This document shows positions 10,228-21,120 of a DNA stretch of 64,000 nt, piece after piece. The notes beneath the pieces are model-generated. The model made no database searches. It saw only the letters and a program-made list of their open reading frames with translations, and was not told the DNA's origin. The position numbers and the translations under genes are program-made. This stretch comes from Oligoflexia bacterium (GTDB lineage: Bacteria; Bdellovibrionota; UBA1018): contig CAVWVI010000004.1 of NCBI GenBank assembly GCA_963758495.1, forward strand, positions 352,001 to 416,000, in the 5' to 3' direction. Position 1 is the first letter of the stretch. Each line of letters starts with the position of its first letter.

Positions 10228-11946
10228 ATGACGGAAGACAAATATCTTCATTCTGCACCGATGCTAGGAGAATTGCTTCTCAGGCATACCTCTTTGACTA
10301 CCGAGCAACTGGAAGAGGCGAGGCAGATTCAGGAAAAAGAAGGTGGGTTGCTCGGTGAGATCCTGATTCGAAAAAATTATATTGTGGCTCATGAGATCAT
10401 GAGGGCTCTATGTATACAGATTGGAATTCCATTCATTGAAGAACTGCGCGCGAACGAGATCGATCCTAATCTTGTCAATGCAATTCCCATCAACTATGCA
10501 AAAGCCAAAGAAGTCCTCCCTCTCAGACGCGAAGAAGGTCCTAAAGGAGAAATTTTAGTCATTGCTGTTTCCGATCCTTTTAATCCATCTATTCCAGAAG
10601 ACCTTCGCATACTGACCGGTTGCCATTTAAAGTTCGTCGTGAGTACGAGCATGCGTATTCAAGACGCCATCAATCGAGTCTATGAACGCAGTACCTCAAA
10701 GATAGTCGATAACATCGGTGGAGAATTTGATGATACTTACGATCTCGAAGGTCCTATTGATATTCTTGAAGCCACTGAAGATGATGCTCCTGTTATAAAA
10801 TTCGTCAATTCTCTCTTATTTCGCGCACTCAAAGAAAAAGCTTCTGACATTCATATTGAACCTTTCGAAAAAGAATTTGTGGTTCGCTTCCGAATCGATG
10901 GGCTCATGAATGATATCATCCGACAGCCCAAACGTGCCCACGCCGCTATTGCTTCTCGTGTAAAAGTCATGGGGACTTTAGATATTGCTGAAAAACGAAT
11001 GCCTCAAGACGGAAGAATTAAGATAAAAATTGCGGGCAATGATGTCGACATCCGTTTGTCTACCGTTCCTACAAATTACGGTGAACGTTTAGTCATGCGT
11101 ATATTGGAACAATCCAGTACAGTTCTTCAACTTGAACAACTCGGATTTTCAGGAAAAAGTGCCAAAGCTATCGAAAAGCTGATCTTCAGAAAATATGGAA
11201 TCATCCTAGTTACGGGACCTACCGGTAGTGGTAAATCCACTACACTTTCTGCATGCCTGGTTAAACTCAATAGTCCTACTCGCAATATTATGACTGTTGA
11301 GGATCCAATCGAATATCAGATTCCAGGTATTAATCAGGTTCAAGTGAATGCAAAAATTGATTTAACTTTTGCAAGAGCATTAAGAGCTTTTCTTCGACAA
11401 AATCCCGATATTATTATGGTGGGGGAAATTCGAGATAAAGAAACAGCCGAAATTGCCATCAATGCATCTTTGACGGGTCACTTAGTATTATCTACTTTGC
11501 ATACGAACGATGCGGCAGGAGCGGCGACCCGACTGATTGACATGGGAGTTGAACCTTTTCTTGTAGCGAGCTCACTTCTTGGTATTGCTGCTCAACGACT
11601 CATTCGAAAGCTTTGTCAAAAATGTAAAGCTCCTCATGTATTAAGTGAGATTGAATTTCAAGAGTTGGGAATTACAAGCTTGCCGGAGGGGGCCCAGATT
11701 TTTAAAGCAGTCGGTTGCCCAAGCTGCTCTCAAAGTGGGTACGCCGGTCGTACAGTCATTCATGAACTCATGCTTGTGGAAGATACAATTCGAACTTTAA
11801 TCGTAAGAAATTCAGATTCATCAACAGTTAAAAAAGCGGCGATTCAAAATGGAATGATAACACTTCGTGAAGATGGCGTAGCCAAAGTTTTACAGGGTAT
11901 CACCACTATTGATGAACTCATGAGAGCTACGCACGCTGAGGTCTGA
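10228..11946 (+). CDS. gspE: Type II secretion ATPase E
   Basis: ASDIHIEP, Walker A GPTGSGKS, LRQNPDIIMVGEIRD, STLHTND, CxxC...CxxC zinc site. Confidence 0.97.
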   Translation: MTEDKYLHSAPMLGELLLRHTSLTTEQLEEARQIQEKEGGLLGEILIRKNYIVAHEIMRALCIQIGIPFIEELRANEIDPNLVNAIPINYAKAKEVLPLRREEGPKGEILVIAVSDPFNPSIPEDLRILTGCHLKFVVSTSMRIQDAINRVYERSTSKIVDNIGGEFDDTYDLEGPIDILEATEDDAPVIKFVNSLLFRALKEKASDIHIEPFEKEFVVRFRIDGLMNDIIRQPKRAHAAIASRVKVMGTLDIAEKRMPQDGRIKIKIAGNDVDIRLSTVPTNYGERLVMRILEQSSTVLQLEQLGFSGKSAKAIEKLIFRKYGIILVTGPTGSGKSTTLSACLVKLNSPTRNIMTVEDPIEYQIPGINQVQVNAKIDLTFARALRAFLRQNPDIIMVGEIRDKETAEIAINASLTGHLVLSTLHTNDAAGAATRLIDMGVEPFLVASSLLGIAAQRLIRKLCQKCKAPHVLSEIEFQELGITSLPEGAQIFKAVGCPSCSQSGYAGRTVIHELMLVEDTIRTLIVRNSDSSTVKKAAIQNGMITLREDGVAKVLQGITTIDELMRATHAEV

Positions 11947-11972
11947 GAAAAAGTACAAGAAGAGGTCAAGGA

Positions 11973-13196
11973 ATGGCACCTATTTTCGATTACAAAGCAT
12001 TTAATGCCAGCGGAAAAGCTCAAAAGGGCATCGTCGAGGCTGAAAATCAAAAGGCCGCCAGAATTAAGCTCAAAAAACAGGGCTATATGGTCACCGAAAT
12101 CAACGAGAAGACCGTGGGAAAGCCTGGCTCCTCGAGGGGAGTGCCTTTTTTTGGAGGAAGAGTCAGTGGCCGTGAAATCTCTTTAATGACTCGTCAACTC
12201 GCAAGCTTAATTAAAGCCAACGTTCCATTGGTCGAAGCTCTTAACGCTTTAGTGGAACAGACAGAACATGAAAGATTAAAAGTCGTCCTCTCTCAGGTCA
12301 GACAAGATGTGAACGAAGGCTCCAGCTTAGCGAAAGCAACGGGTGCTCATGCAAAAGTTTTTGACACCATTTTTGTAAATATGATTGAAGCCGGTGAAAG
12401 CTCTGGAACGCTCAGCATGGTATTGATGCGTCTTGCGGACTTAAAAGAGGCGCAAATGCGGCTTCGAAGTAAGGTCATCAGTGGTATGACTTACCCGGTA
12501 CTCATGATGGTTGTAGCCTTTAGCTTAATGTTGGCCATTTTTACTTTTGTCATTCCAAAGTTAACTAAAATTTTTGACTCAATGAATAAGCCAATTCCTA
12601 CGCTCACTAAAGTATTGATGACTTTCAGTGACACCCTGATCAATTATTGGTATCTTTTTGTGGCATTCGGGTTTCTAGCATTCTGGCTATTTCGTAGATT
12701 TATTACTTCAGAAAAGGGTCGTCCTAAATGGGATGCATTTAAGCTCAGATTACCCATTATAGGCCCATTAGTTCGAATGGTTGCCGTCACCCGCTTTTCA
12801 AGTACGATGGCCACCCTCTTGGCGAGTGGTGTTCCCATCCTCACCAGCATGGCGATTGCTCGAAACCTTGTAGATAATGCACCGATCGCCAAAGCCATTG
12901 CAGACGCAAAAGAAAACATTACAGAAGGTCAATCTATCGCCGAGCCCCTAAGAAGAAGTGGAGAGTTCCCTCCCATGATGATTCACATGATTGCAATTGG
13001 TGAAAAAACCGGTGAATTGCCGGACATGCTGAAAAATGTGGCAGAAACTTACGAGGAACAAGTAAATACTAAAATTGATGCTATGACGAGCTTGTTAGAG
13101 CCACTTATGATAATTGGGATGGGAGGGGCTGTCGGTTTTATTGTAATGTCTGTGTTTATGCCATTAATGGAAATAATGAATATTAATCAACGCTAA
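11973..13196 (+). CDS. gspF: Type II secretion inner membrane protein F
   Basis: TRQLASL, EAGESSG, MTYP, IGEKTGEL, LLEP repeats of GspF/PilC. Confidence 0.96.
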   Translation: MAPIFDYKAFNASGKAQKGIVEAENQKAARIKLKKQGYMVTEINEKTVGKPGSSRGVPFFGGRVSGREISLMTRQLASLIKANVPLVEALNALVEQTEHERLKVVLSQVRQDVNEGSSLAKATGAHAKVFDTIFVNMIEAGESSGTLSMVLMRLADLKEAQMRLRSKVISGMTYPVLMMVVAFSLMLAIFTFVIPKLTKIFDSMNKPIPTLTKVLMTFSDTLINYWYLFVAFGFLAFWLFRRFITSEKGRPKWDAFKLRLPIIGPLVRMVAVTRFSSTMATLLASGVPILTSMAIARNLVDNAPIAKAIADAKENITEGQSIAEPLRRSGEFPPMMIHMIAIGEKTGELPDMLKNVAETYEEQVNTKIDAMTSLLEPLMIIGMGGAVGFIVMSVFMPLMEIMNINQR

Positions 13197-13219
13197 GTTC
13201 AACAGTAGTAGGAGCACAT

Positions 13220-13681
13220 ATGAAAAATATAATAAGTAGAAAATGGAAATTAAACTCCCTTCACAATGAATCGGGATTTACTCTGATTGAAATGATGATT
13301 GTGCTCGCAATCATCGCTCTCGTCATGGGTTTTGTTGGAACCAAAGTGATTCGTCGTTTTGATGAATCCAGGGTTAATGCAACGAAAATTCAGATGAAAC
13401 AACTCAGCGTCGTTCTTGATGACTTCAGAAGAGTTTGTGGATTTTACCCTTCAACCGAACAGGGATTAGATGCTCTCATTAAACCCCCTGTGGGACGTGT
13501 CTGCAAAAACTATGACCCTGAAGGATTTTTAAATAATAAACGAGTTCCCCAGGATGCTTGGAATCATGACTTTGTTTATATTTCTGACGGCAATAAGTTT
13601 GAAATCAAATCTTTGGGTGCAGATGGTAAGGAAGGTGGTGAAGGATTTGATAAAGATCTCTCAACCAATGACATGGACTAA
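13220..13681 (+). CDS. gspG: Major pseudopilin G
   Basis: Prepilin GFTLIEMM, YPSTEQGLDAL, DAWNHDF, SLGADGKEGGEG. Confidence 0.95.
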   Translation: MKNIISRKWKLNSLHNESGFTLIEMMIVLAIIALVMGFVGTKVIRRFDESRVNATKIQMKQLSVVLDDFRRVCGFYPSTEQGLDALIKPPVGRVCKNYDPEGFLNNKRVPQDAWNHDFVYISDGNKFEIKSLGADGKEGGEGFDKDLSTNDMD

Positions 13682-14300
13682 TTCGAAAGGCTTCACGCTT
13701 ATTGAAATGATGGTGGTCATCGGGATCATCGTTCTGATTTCTGTTGTATCTATGCCAACTATTTCAAGCTATTTTCAATTATCATTGAATTCAGCAACAC
13801 GAGACTTGGCGACCACCATCAAAGAAGCCTATAATTCTACTGTAATTGGAGGAACCGTCTATCGACTCGTCTACGACATTAAAGATAGGTCTTTCTGGGT
13901 TGAAATAGGATCCAGCAATGTGTTGTTGGATACGAAGGAGAGCAAAGAAAAAGAAGACAAGCGTAGAAAATTTTCAAGCTCAATTAAAAACGGAAAAGAT
14001 GCGGCAACAGCCCAGGATGGTTTTAGTTTGGATAGGATTATCACTCGAAAAAAATTACATCTCCCTCAAGGAGTAGAGTACGAAGATATTATGACTCAAC
14101 AGAGTCAAAATCCAATTACGGAGGGAACTGCTTATACTCATTTTTTTCCAAGTGGGCTTACCGAACAAACAGTTATCCACTTAAAAGACCAGAGCCAACA
14201 TCATGCATCTCTTGTAATTAATGCGATGCTTGGATCAACTGATTTATATGACAGGTATATCAATGCTGCAGAAGCTTTTGAAAAATCCAATGAAAAATAA
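13668..14300 (+). CDS. gspH: Minor pseudopilin H
   Basis: KGFTLIEMMVV prepilin motif; start moved to ATG 13668; position after gspG. Confidence 0.82.
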   Translation: MTWTNSKGFTLIEMMVVIGIIVLISVVSMPTISSYFQLSLNSATRDLATTIKEAYNSTVIGGTVYRLVYDIKDRSFWVEIGSSNVLLDTKESKEKEDKRRKFSSSIKNGKDAATAQDGFSLDRIITRKKLHLPQGVEYEDIMTQQSQNPITEGTAYTHFFPSGLTEQTVIHLKDQSQHHASLVINAMLGSTDLYDRYINAAEAFEKSNEK

Positions 14301-14802
14301 TGACGGATTTACTCTACTAGAAGTCATTATTGCAATGGCCATCATGGCGGTGGCATTTGGATCTATTCTGGCCGTAGAACAAGGAAGTATTAATGCTTCC
14401 GCGCGAGCGAAGCAGATGAATATTGTGGGAATGCTCGCTCGAAATCAGATGATAGAGTTGGAATATAAGGTTCAAGGTAAAGCTTTTCAAGAAGTAAAAA
14501 AAGAAGAGGATGGAGTTTTTCAAAGTCCTTACGAAGACTACAAATGGAAGACAAAAGTAAAGGAAATTAAATTTCCTAATATGAAAGCCGGTGCAACCTC
14601 TTCTGAAAAATCATCGAATGGTGGAAGTGATGGGGATAATCAATCGGCAGAACTTTTAAGTAAGTTAGTGACTCAATACTTGTCCAAAGCCATTCGGGAA
14701 ATCAGTGTCACCATTTCTTGGAAGCGAGGATCTGGAGAGCAAAGTTATTCTCTTTCAACCTATTGGGTAAATTTAAATGAAGAATTCAAATTTACAGAAT
14801 AA
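14290..14802 (+). CDS. gspI: Minor pseudopilin I
   Basis: GFTLLEVIIAMAI prepilin motif; start moved to ATG 14290; gene order. Confidence 0.82.
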   Translation: MKNNDGFTLLEVIIAMAIMAVAFGSILAVEQGSINASARAKQMNIVGMLARNQMIELEYKVQGKAFQEVKKEEDGVFQSPYEDYKWKTKVKEIKFPNMKAGATSSEKSSNGGSDGDNQSAELLSKLVTQYLSKAIREISVTISWKRGSGEQSYSLSTYWVNLNEEFKFTE

Positions 14803-15565
14803 TCAATCGACAGCCGGATTCACACTCCTAGAAGTGCTCATCGCGATGGTAATCCTTGTATTTATTAGCGTGGCCACCTATCAAACCATAATTGAAACCT
14901 ATAAGCTGAGAGAGTCGCTTTCTACAGAGGGAAATTTCTATAACGGAATTCGTTTATCGACAACCATCCTTCAAAGGGATATTTCTCTTATTTATAGCCC
15001 ATTGATTTCTATGCCGGCGCAAAAAAATAATACTAATGGACCGCCCCAGACAACCTCTCCAACAGATGACGCTGGACAAAGTTCCACCTTCTGGTCACCT
15101 GCTGTCAGTGATATAGGCGTACGCCCCTCTCATTTTATTGGAACCGAGAATAAACTTTCGTTCATTGCACTCTCTCATATTAGAATTTATAAAGACTCAC
15201 CCGAGTCTGAATTTGCAAAAATCACTTATGAGATCAAGAATGATCCTCAAAATTCCGGTACCGTCATGTTAGTTAAAACAGAGAGCCCAAATGCGTTTAC
15301 TGGAGATGACGTTCAAGATACCTTCAGCCGTTCATATGAAATCCTTCACGGCATTAAAAAACTGACTTACACCTACTACAAACGTGATGGAGATACATGG
15401 AAGATATTAAGAAGTTGGGATAGCGAAAGGGAAGAGCCCAAAAATACTTTTCCAGATATGATTGAATTAAAACTCGAAGTTGTGGGTCCTCAGAAACAGT
15501 CTTTTGAGGGAAATTTTAAATTTAGACCGGAGATTCCATTCAATGGACTTAACCCCAGCACCTAA
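14777..15565 (+). CDS. gspJ: Minor pseudopilin J
   Basis: GFTLLEVLIAM, LQRDIS; gene order. Confidence 0.83.
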   Translation: MKNSNLQNNQSTAGFTLLEVLIAMVILVFISVATYQTIIETYKLRESLSTEGNFYNGIRLSTTILQRDISLIYSPLISMPAQKNNTNGPPQTTSPTDDAGQSSTFWSPAVSDIGVRPSHFIGTENKLSFIALSHIRIYKDSPESEFAKITYEIKNDPQNSGTVMLVKTESPNAFTGDDVQDTFSRSYEILHGIKKLTYTYYKRDGDTWKILRSWDSEREEPKNTFPDMIELKLEVVGPQKQSFEGNFKFRPEIPFNGLNPST

Positions 15566-16865
15566 AAAATCGATCGGGCGAGACTCCAGTGGCATCGCCC
15601 TCTTCATGGTCATTGCGGCCGTGAGTGTTTTAGCAATTTTAGTCACCGAATTTACTTACATCGCTCAAATTAGCCAAATGATCGCATTTGGTGGGCTGGA
15701 TCAAACTCAAGCCCACTACCTAGCTAAAAGTGGTTTCAAATTATCCCTTTTACGTCTTAAAGCTTATCAACACGTCAAGGATATGATTTCAAGCGTTGGA
15801 GGCGCCGGAGGTTCAGGGGGAGTCCCTGGGGTACCCAAAGCCTTGATAGAGAAAATTTGGAACTTCCCATTTTTCTATCCCATTCCAACCAATATACCTG
15901 GCATGAGCCTGTCCGATAAGACTGCCATCGAAACCTTTCAAAAGGATGCTAATATGGATGGAAAATTTTCCGCCCTCATTGAATCCGAATCTTCCAAATA
16001 TAATTTAAATTTACTGTTGAGTAGCTATGCTCCTGTTCCCACGCCCGGAGCCAGCTCCCCCCCTTCAAATCCACCCTCGCCGGGGGGAGGCACTAATCCA
16101 CAGCCTAATTCGCCCCCTTCTCCTCAGCCTTCCTTCAATCCCGAAGTTGCCCGTACTAGCCTCACTCAATATCTCACAGAATTAATTAATCAAAAAATTG
16201 AAGCAGATCCCGATTCCGCAGACATTTATCGTGACGTAAAGCTAGACGAAGTCGTCGATACCATTGCAGCTTGGGCAGATAAGACCCACGAACGAAGAAG
16301 CTCCTCAAGTCATGACCCTGTACCTATGAAACGTGCACCCTTTTACTCTATTTCAGAGCTTCATATGTTACCGAATATTGATGATGACCTCTACAATCTA
16401 TTTGCCCCCAATCTCACGACAGAACTCACGCAGGGAATTAATATGAATACCATGAAAGAACCTACCCTTCGCGCTTTGGTCCCTGGCATGACTCAAGAAG
16501 AAGTCGCTGATTTTTTTAAATTCCGAGATTCAGTAGAGGTAGACAATCAATTTACGGATTCTGACAAATTTTTTGCCTATATTGGGAAAAATGTCTCCAG
16601 TTATAAGGGGAATTCAGATGCGATCACTCAATTAAAAGACAGCCTCATCAAACGAAATATCATTCTCATTAATGAGGAAAATCAGTTCAAAATCACAGTT
16701 CGAGCGGAAGTCAACCAAGCTTCCCGCACCCTTGAAGCTTGGGTGACTTTAGGAAAACAGTCCGCTCCAGTGCAACAGCCTCCGCCCGGACAAACACTCC
16801 CTGCCGGACAACAACCTGCGCCACCTGATACAGGTTTAAAAATTACTTATATGAGAATTCTATAG
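15543..16865 (+). CDS. gspK: Minor pseudopilin K
   Basis: GIALFMVI (no E5, typical of GspK), QAHYLAKSG, ESSKYNLN, SISELHML, INMNT; start ATG 15543. Confidence 0.88.
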   Translation: MDLTPAPKKSIGRDSSGIALFMVIAAVSVLAILVTEFTYIAQISQMIAFGGLDQTQAHYLAKSGFKLSLLRLKAYQHVKDMISSVGGAGGSGGVPGVPKALIEKIWNFPFFYPIPTNIPGMSLSDKTAIETFQKDANMDGKFSALIESESSKYNLNLLLSSYAPVPTPGASSPPSNPPSPGGGTNPQPNSPPSPQPSFNPEVARTSLTQYLTELINQKIEADPDSADIYRDVKLDEVVDTIAAWADKTHERRSSSSHDPVPMKRAPFYSISELHMLPNIDDDLYNLFAPNLTTELTQGINMNTMKEPTLRALVPGMTQEEVADFFKFRDSVEVDNQFTDSDKFFAYIGKNVSSYKGNSDAITQLKDSLIKRNIILINEENQFKITVRAEVNQASRTLEAWVTLGKQSAPVQQPPPGQTLPAGQQPAPPDTGLKITYMRIL

Positions 16866-16875
16866 GAGTCAGCAA

Positions 16876-18543
16876 ATGCGAATTTTAGGGATCGACCTAG
16901 GAAGTTCAAGCATTAAAGCAGTAGAGATGGATAGTGCTTTTGGGCGCTACGACATTCATGATTATCATGAACGCCCTGTGGGAGCAGATCAGAGCCCAGA
17001 AGAGGCCATTATTCAATTAGTCAAATCCTTACCTAAACCCCCTGACCGAGTGGTTGTCTCTTTGGGGACGAAATCGACATTTCGAAATTTACAACTTCCC
17101 ACACGAGATAAAAAAGCGATTCAAGCAGGTGTTGGGTTTGAGATAGAAGATGAACTTCCATTTTCTGCTGAAGAATCTATTTTCGACTATACTGTTTTGT
17201 CACAAAACAAACAGGGTAGCTCTATTCATGTGGCTGCCACCCTGAAGCACTATTTATCCTCAGCTTTGGAAACATGGAAAAAAACAAATGTGGATCCTGA
17301 TGTAATCACAACAGATCCATGGGCCTATCGAGCTTTATGCAATCGAGTGTTTGGCGCTAATAAGCCAGAATCACCTGTACTTCTCGTCCAAATTGGACAT
17401 ACGAGAACCACTCTTTATCTTCATTGGCAGGGAGTTCCGAAACTCATTCGCGAAGTTCAATGGGGTGGCCGTGATTTGACCGAGGCAATTAGCCAAAAGT
17501 ATGGTCTATCACCCGATCAAGCGGAAGCCGCAAAGCTCGATCGTGGAAGCATTGCTCATGCAGACCCTAATGTCCAGATGACGCCAGAACAAATAGAATT
17601 TTCTGCCTGCTTAGAAAACGCGATGGGAGTCCTTCTGACTGAACTCAAGCAAGTCGAGCTCATGTCAAGAAATGCTACACAATTGGAAATCAGCGGAATT
17701 TACCTTGCAGGAGGGACTTCGCTTCTACCAGGACTAGGGTCCTGGTTGGAGGAATATTTTTCAATTCCTACTAAACCCATTTTAGCTCTTAGCTCTGCAA
17801 CGACTTCGGGCGTGACCTATTCAGATCAAACTGATGCTCGTTTTATTTTAGCGGTAGCCCTGACTCTCACTTTAGTAGGATCAGATCGTACGACTTGTCT
17901 CAACTTTAGAAAAGGTGAATTTTCCAAACAAGGAACCTCACGCCAGATTAATATCAAAGCTCTTAAAAAACCCATACTTGCCGTAAGTGGCGTGTTTTTT
18001 TGCTTGTTTCTAAGCCTCATTATACAATCTGGAGTGTATAAAGCTCGACTCGCAGCCACTGATGTCCTTTTAGAAAAGACTGTTCGATCCTTCTTTGGAC
18101 AAATCTCCAGCAGTGCACTCCGAACGTATATGTCAAATCCAAGCACCCTTCGTACTTCAATTAATAAAGAACTCACAAAACAGCGAGAATTAAGTAAGCT
18201 TTTCGGACCGAATCAACACTCCCCTCTCGATCTATTAAATACTTTCTCTGCCAGCATTCCAAAAAATATTGTGGTCGATCTGACACAGTTTCAAACGGGT
18301 ATGAGTGCTACCGACTCATTCGTGACAGGTGACCCGACGTCCACTGCCTCATTTAATTTTACAGTATCAAATCCTCAGGTGGCGGAAAGGCTGGCTGTCT
18401 TAATGAGCACCCGATTCACGCATTTCCAAAGAGGTAAAATGGAAGAAGTTGCATCAGCGGATGAAAGTTCGGGTACTGGAAATATTAAAAAATGGAAAAT
18501 TACATTTTCTGGAAAACCCACAGAGGACTCTTATGTTAAGTAA
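16876..18543 (+). CDS. gspL: GspL with a PilM-like actin-fold cytoplasmic domain
   Basis: ILGIDLGSSSIKAV, QIGHTRT, GGRDLT, YLAGGTS motifs, then TM and periplasmic domain; lies between gspK and gspM. Confidence 0.85.
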   Translation: MRILGIDLGSSSIKAVEMDSAFGRYDIHDYHERPVGADQSPEEAIIQLVKSLPKPPDRVVVSLGTKSTFRNLQLPTRDKKAIQAGVGFEIEDELPFSAEESIFDYTVLSQNKQGSSIHVAATLKHYLSSALETWKKTNVDPDVITTDPWAYRALCNRVFGANKPESPVLLVQIGHTRTTLYLHWQGVPKLIREVQWGGRDLTEAISQKYGLSPDQAEAAKLDRGSIAHADPNVQMTPEQIEFSACLENAMGVLLTELKQVELMSRNATQLEISGIYLAGGTSLLPGLGSWLEEYFSIPTKPILALSSATTSGVTYSDQTDARFILAVALTLTLVGSDRTTCLNFRKGEFSKQGTSRQINIKALKKPILAVSGVFFCLFLSLIIQSGVYKARLAATDVLLEKTVRSFFGQISSSALRTYMSNPSTLRTSINKELTKQRELSKLFGPNQHSPLDLLNTFSASIPKNIVVDLTQFQTGMSATDSFVTGDPTSTASFNFTVSNPQVAERLAVLMSTRFTHFQRGKMEEVASADESSGTGNIKKWKITFSGKPTEDSYVK

Positions 18544-19156
18544 AGAAAAAATCCGCGAATGGCTGAGTTCATTTAAGGATTTTCTGAGTGAACAGGAATG
18601 GTTTCAACAACTCAAGGGCAAATGGGAAGAGCTTGACCCACAGAGCCGTAATTACCTTAAATTAGCCAGCTTCGGATCAGCGATTCTCCTCATCACACTT
18701 CTCATGTTTACCTTCATTTGGAGTGTGCATAGTCTGAAAACAGAACTTTCAGAAAAAAAAGCATTATTGACTAGCATTCAAAATGCCAACGAAGAAATAC
18801 GCCAGTTAAAGGAAACTATTCCAAGCACAACGCTTCAAAGTGGAAGTAAAACCGATGGTGTGACTTGGAATTCTTATTTTGATACTATTGCAATCACCTC
18901 TGGAATTGATAAATCCAATTTAACGATCTCTGCAGAAAAACCAGGAAATTCAAGTGAACAATCTAAGGAAACGTTGTTTGATATTGGCGTTAAACATGTA
19001 AATATCAAACAAATTGTCCATTATATGGTTTCATTAGAAAATGGGCAAAGACCGGTAAAAATAAGAAATCTCCTGATCGATAATAAAGGGGAGCCAACCG
19101 GATACTTAGATGCAAATTTAGCGATATCCGGGTTTACCCTGGTGGAGCAAAAATGA
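18533..19156 (+). CDS. gspM: Type II secretion protein M
   Basis: WEELDPQSR + TM + coiled coil + ferredoxin-like C-terminus; GAGG RBS before ATG 18533. Confidence 0.78.
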   Translation: MLSKEKIREWLSSFKDFLSEQEWFQQLKGKWEELDPQSRNYLKLASFGSAILLITLLMFTFIWSVHSLKTELSEKKALLTSIQNANEEIRQLKETIPSTTLQSGSKTDGVTWNSYFDTIAITSGIDKSNLTISAEKPGNSSEQSKETLFDIGVKHVNIKQIVHYMVSLENGQRPVKIRNLLIDNKGEPTGYLDANLAISGFTLVEQK

Positions 19157-20112
19157 CTACTGAACCTATAGAAAACACTGTGGACTTAATCGAAACCCCT
19201 TCTCCATCACGTGCAAAAACCATTTTAAAAAATCTGGCTTGGACGGGATTTGCCATTTTATGTTTGATCCTGTTTACTCTTTTTAAGTTGCCTGATGATC
19301 GCCTCAAAAGTCTTATTGATAGTCAAATTTCCTCAGCACTTTCTCAAAGAGGAATCACCTATACTGCCTCAGATACGAAGCTTTCCTTTTTTTTAGGTGT
19401 AACTTATACTTTGAAAAATGTGACTCTCAATTTTCCAACTCCAACGCCAGCAGGACATCTTGATAAACTTCAAGTCTCACCTTCCCTCATTGCCTATCTT
19501 TTGGGTAAAGTGGGTGGCACATTTAAAATCTCTACCTCTCATGGAAGTTTGGATGGCTCTTTTTCAACAAAGGGGTCGCGCTTCTCTGCATCATTTAATT
19601 CGAAAAAGTTTGATCTATCAAATATAGCATTATTCCCAATGATGGCAGATGTGCAAGGTACTGGAATATTAGATGGAACCGCCTCAGTATCCGGTGACTT
19701 TTCTATTCCTAACACCCTCCAGGGAAATCTCAATATCCAACTGAATAAAGTTATTATTGATCCTCAACTCATAGATGGATTTTCAATCCCACAAGTCAAT
19801 CTCTCCGAAGCACTCGCTGAGGTCACTTTTGACAAAGGAAAAGCGATTCTCAAAACGATTCGATTTGGCAAACAGGGAAATCCCGCTGATGATATTCAAG
19901 GATCAATTACCGGCGATCTTCTGTTGGGCAAAATATGGGACTCCAGTAATTTAAATCTGAAAGCCCGTTTTTCGATTTCAGAGAATATTAAAAAATCATT
20001 CGTTTTACTGGATACTTTACTGGGAGCAGGAAAGCTAGCTGACGGAAGTTATTCCTTCAGTCTCACGGGCCCACTCTCCTCCCCAAACTCAACTCCATTG
20101 GGAGCAGGTTAA
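19153..20112 (+). CDS. gspN: Type II secretion protein N
   Basis: N-terminal TM then beta-rich periplasmic domain; last gsp gene, ATGA-coupled to gspM. Confidence 0.78.
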   Translation: MTTEPIENTVDLIETPSPSRAKTILKNLAWTGFAILCLILFTLFKLPDDRLKSLIDSQISSALSQRGITYTASDTKLSFFLGVTYTLKNVTLNFPTPTPAGHLDKLQVSPSLIAYLLGKVGGTFKISTSHGSLDGSFSTKGSRFSASFNSKKFDLSNIALFPMMADVQGTGILDGTASVSGDFSIPNTLQGNLNIQLNKVIIDPQLIDGFSIPQVNLSEALAEVTFDKGKAILKTIRFGKQGNPADDIQGSITGDLLLGKIWDSSNLNLKARFSISENIKKSFVLLDTLLGAGKLADGSYSFSLTGPLSSPNSTPLGAG

Positions 20113-20113
20113 A

Positions 20114-21082
20114 ATGTCTTTAAAACTCATCTGGATTACAGACCCTTGGAATACACTCGACCATCCTTTGGATACTTCGCTCAGACTCATTCAGGAGGCA
20201 AGCGAGCTTGGAGTTCCTCAATTTTGGTGTGACGTTAAGACGATTCGATTAGAAAATTTTCAAGTTTTATTGGATGCAAGTCCCATTACATCCATTAGCC
20301 CTAAAAGAGACCTGAATTCTTTTAGGCGAGGTCCATTACAAGTTCATTCACCTTGTCATTTTGATTGTCTGAACTATCGTACTGACCCCCCCATCGATCA
20401 AGCTTACTTACATCCCCTCCAACTTCTATCGTTAGGGCTTCAAAACGAACGAAATCATGAGGTAGTCAATCCCCTTGAAGTTTTATTTTCTCTCAATGAG
20501 AAAATAGAAGCTGCTGCTTTAGGAAATCTCATGCCGGCCAGTCTTGTAAGCAGCCAATGGGAACGGCTCTTAAGCTTTGGAAAATGCCAGGAAAGAACGG
20601 TTTTAAAACCACTTCATCAAGCTCAGAGTCAGGGCATTGAGCTTCTCGATTGGAGAAGTGCGGGTACAATTGAAGACGCCAAATCAAAGTTAGAAATAGC
20701 CACTTCAAATTTTAATTACCCTATTATGCTTCAGAAATATCTAGAGGGTATTATTGAGGGTGAAGTTCGGCTCTGGTTTTTGGATGGAAACCTCTTAGCT
20801 TACGCTAAGAAACTTCCTGTTACGGGCGACTTTCGAGTCAACATCGACCGAGGAAGCCAGCTTGCCCTCCATACACTTTCTGAAAATGAAAAATCAGTCG
20901 TCGATCAGGTTGCCAAACATTTAAAATTAAGGAAAATCCGCTTGGCAGCAGTGGACCTCATTGAGGGCTTAATTACTGATTTTAATTTCACTAGTCCAGG
21001 CCTAATCACCCAAATGGAAGATCTCTTATCTGAGAATTTAGCACGGCCGATCATTCGAGCATTGACCCAGAAAAGCACTTAG
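20114..21082 (+). CDS. gshB: Glutathione synthetase-like ATP-grasp ligase
   Basis: DTSLRL, RTDPP, VVNP, NEK, VLKPL, QKYL, DFRVNI, FNFTSPG motifs. Confidence 0.78.
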   Translation: MSLKLIWITDPWNTLDHPLDTSLRLIQEASELGVPQFWCDVKTIRLENFQVLLDASPITSISPKRDLNSFRRGPLQVHSPCHFDCLNYRTDPPIDQAYLHPLQLLSLGLQNERNHEVVNPLEVLFSLNEKIEAAALGNLMPASLVSSQWERLLSFGKCQERTVLKPLHQAQSQGIELLDWRSAGTIEDAKSKLEIATSNFNYPIMLQKYLEGIIEGEVRLWFLDGNLLAYAKKLPVTGDFRVNIDRGSQLALHTLSENEKSVVDQVAKHLKLRKIRLAAVDLIEGLITDFNFTSPGLITQMEDLLSENLARPIIRALTQKST

Positions 21083-21120
21083 TACTTGCGACCTGAGCAG
21101 ATCTCTGGGATTTATGGACA

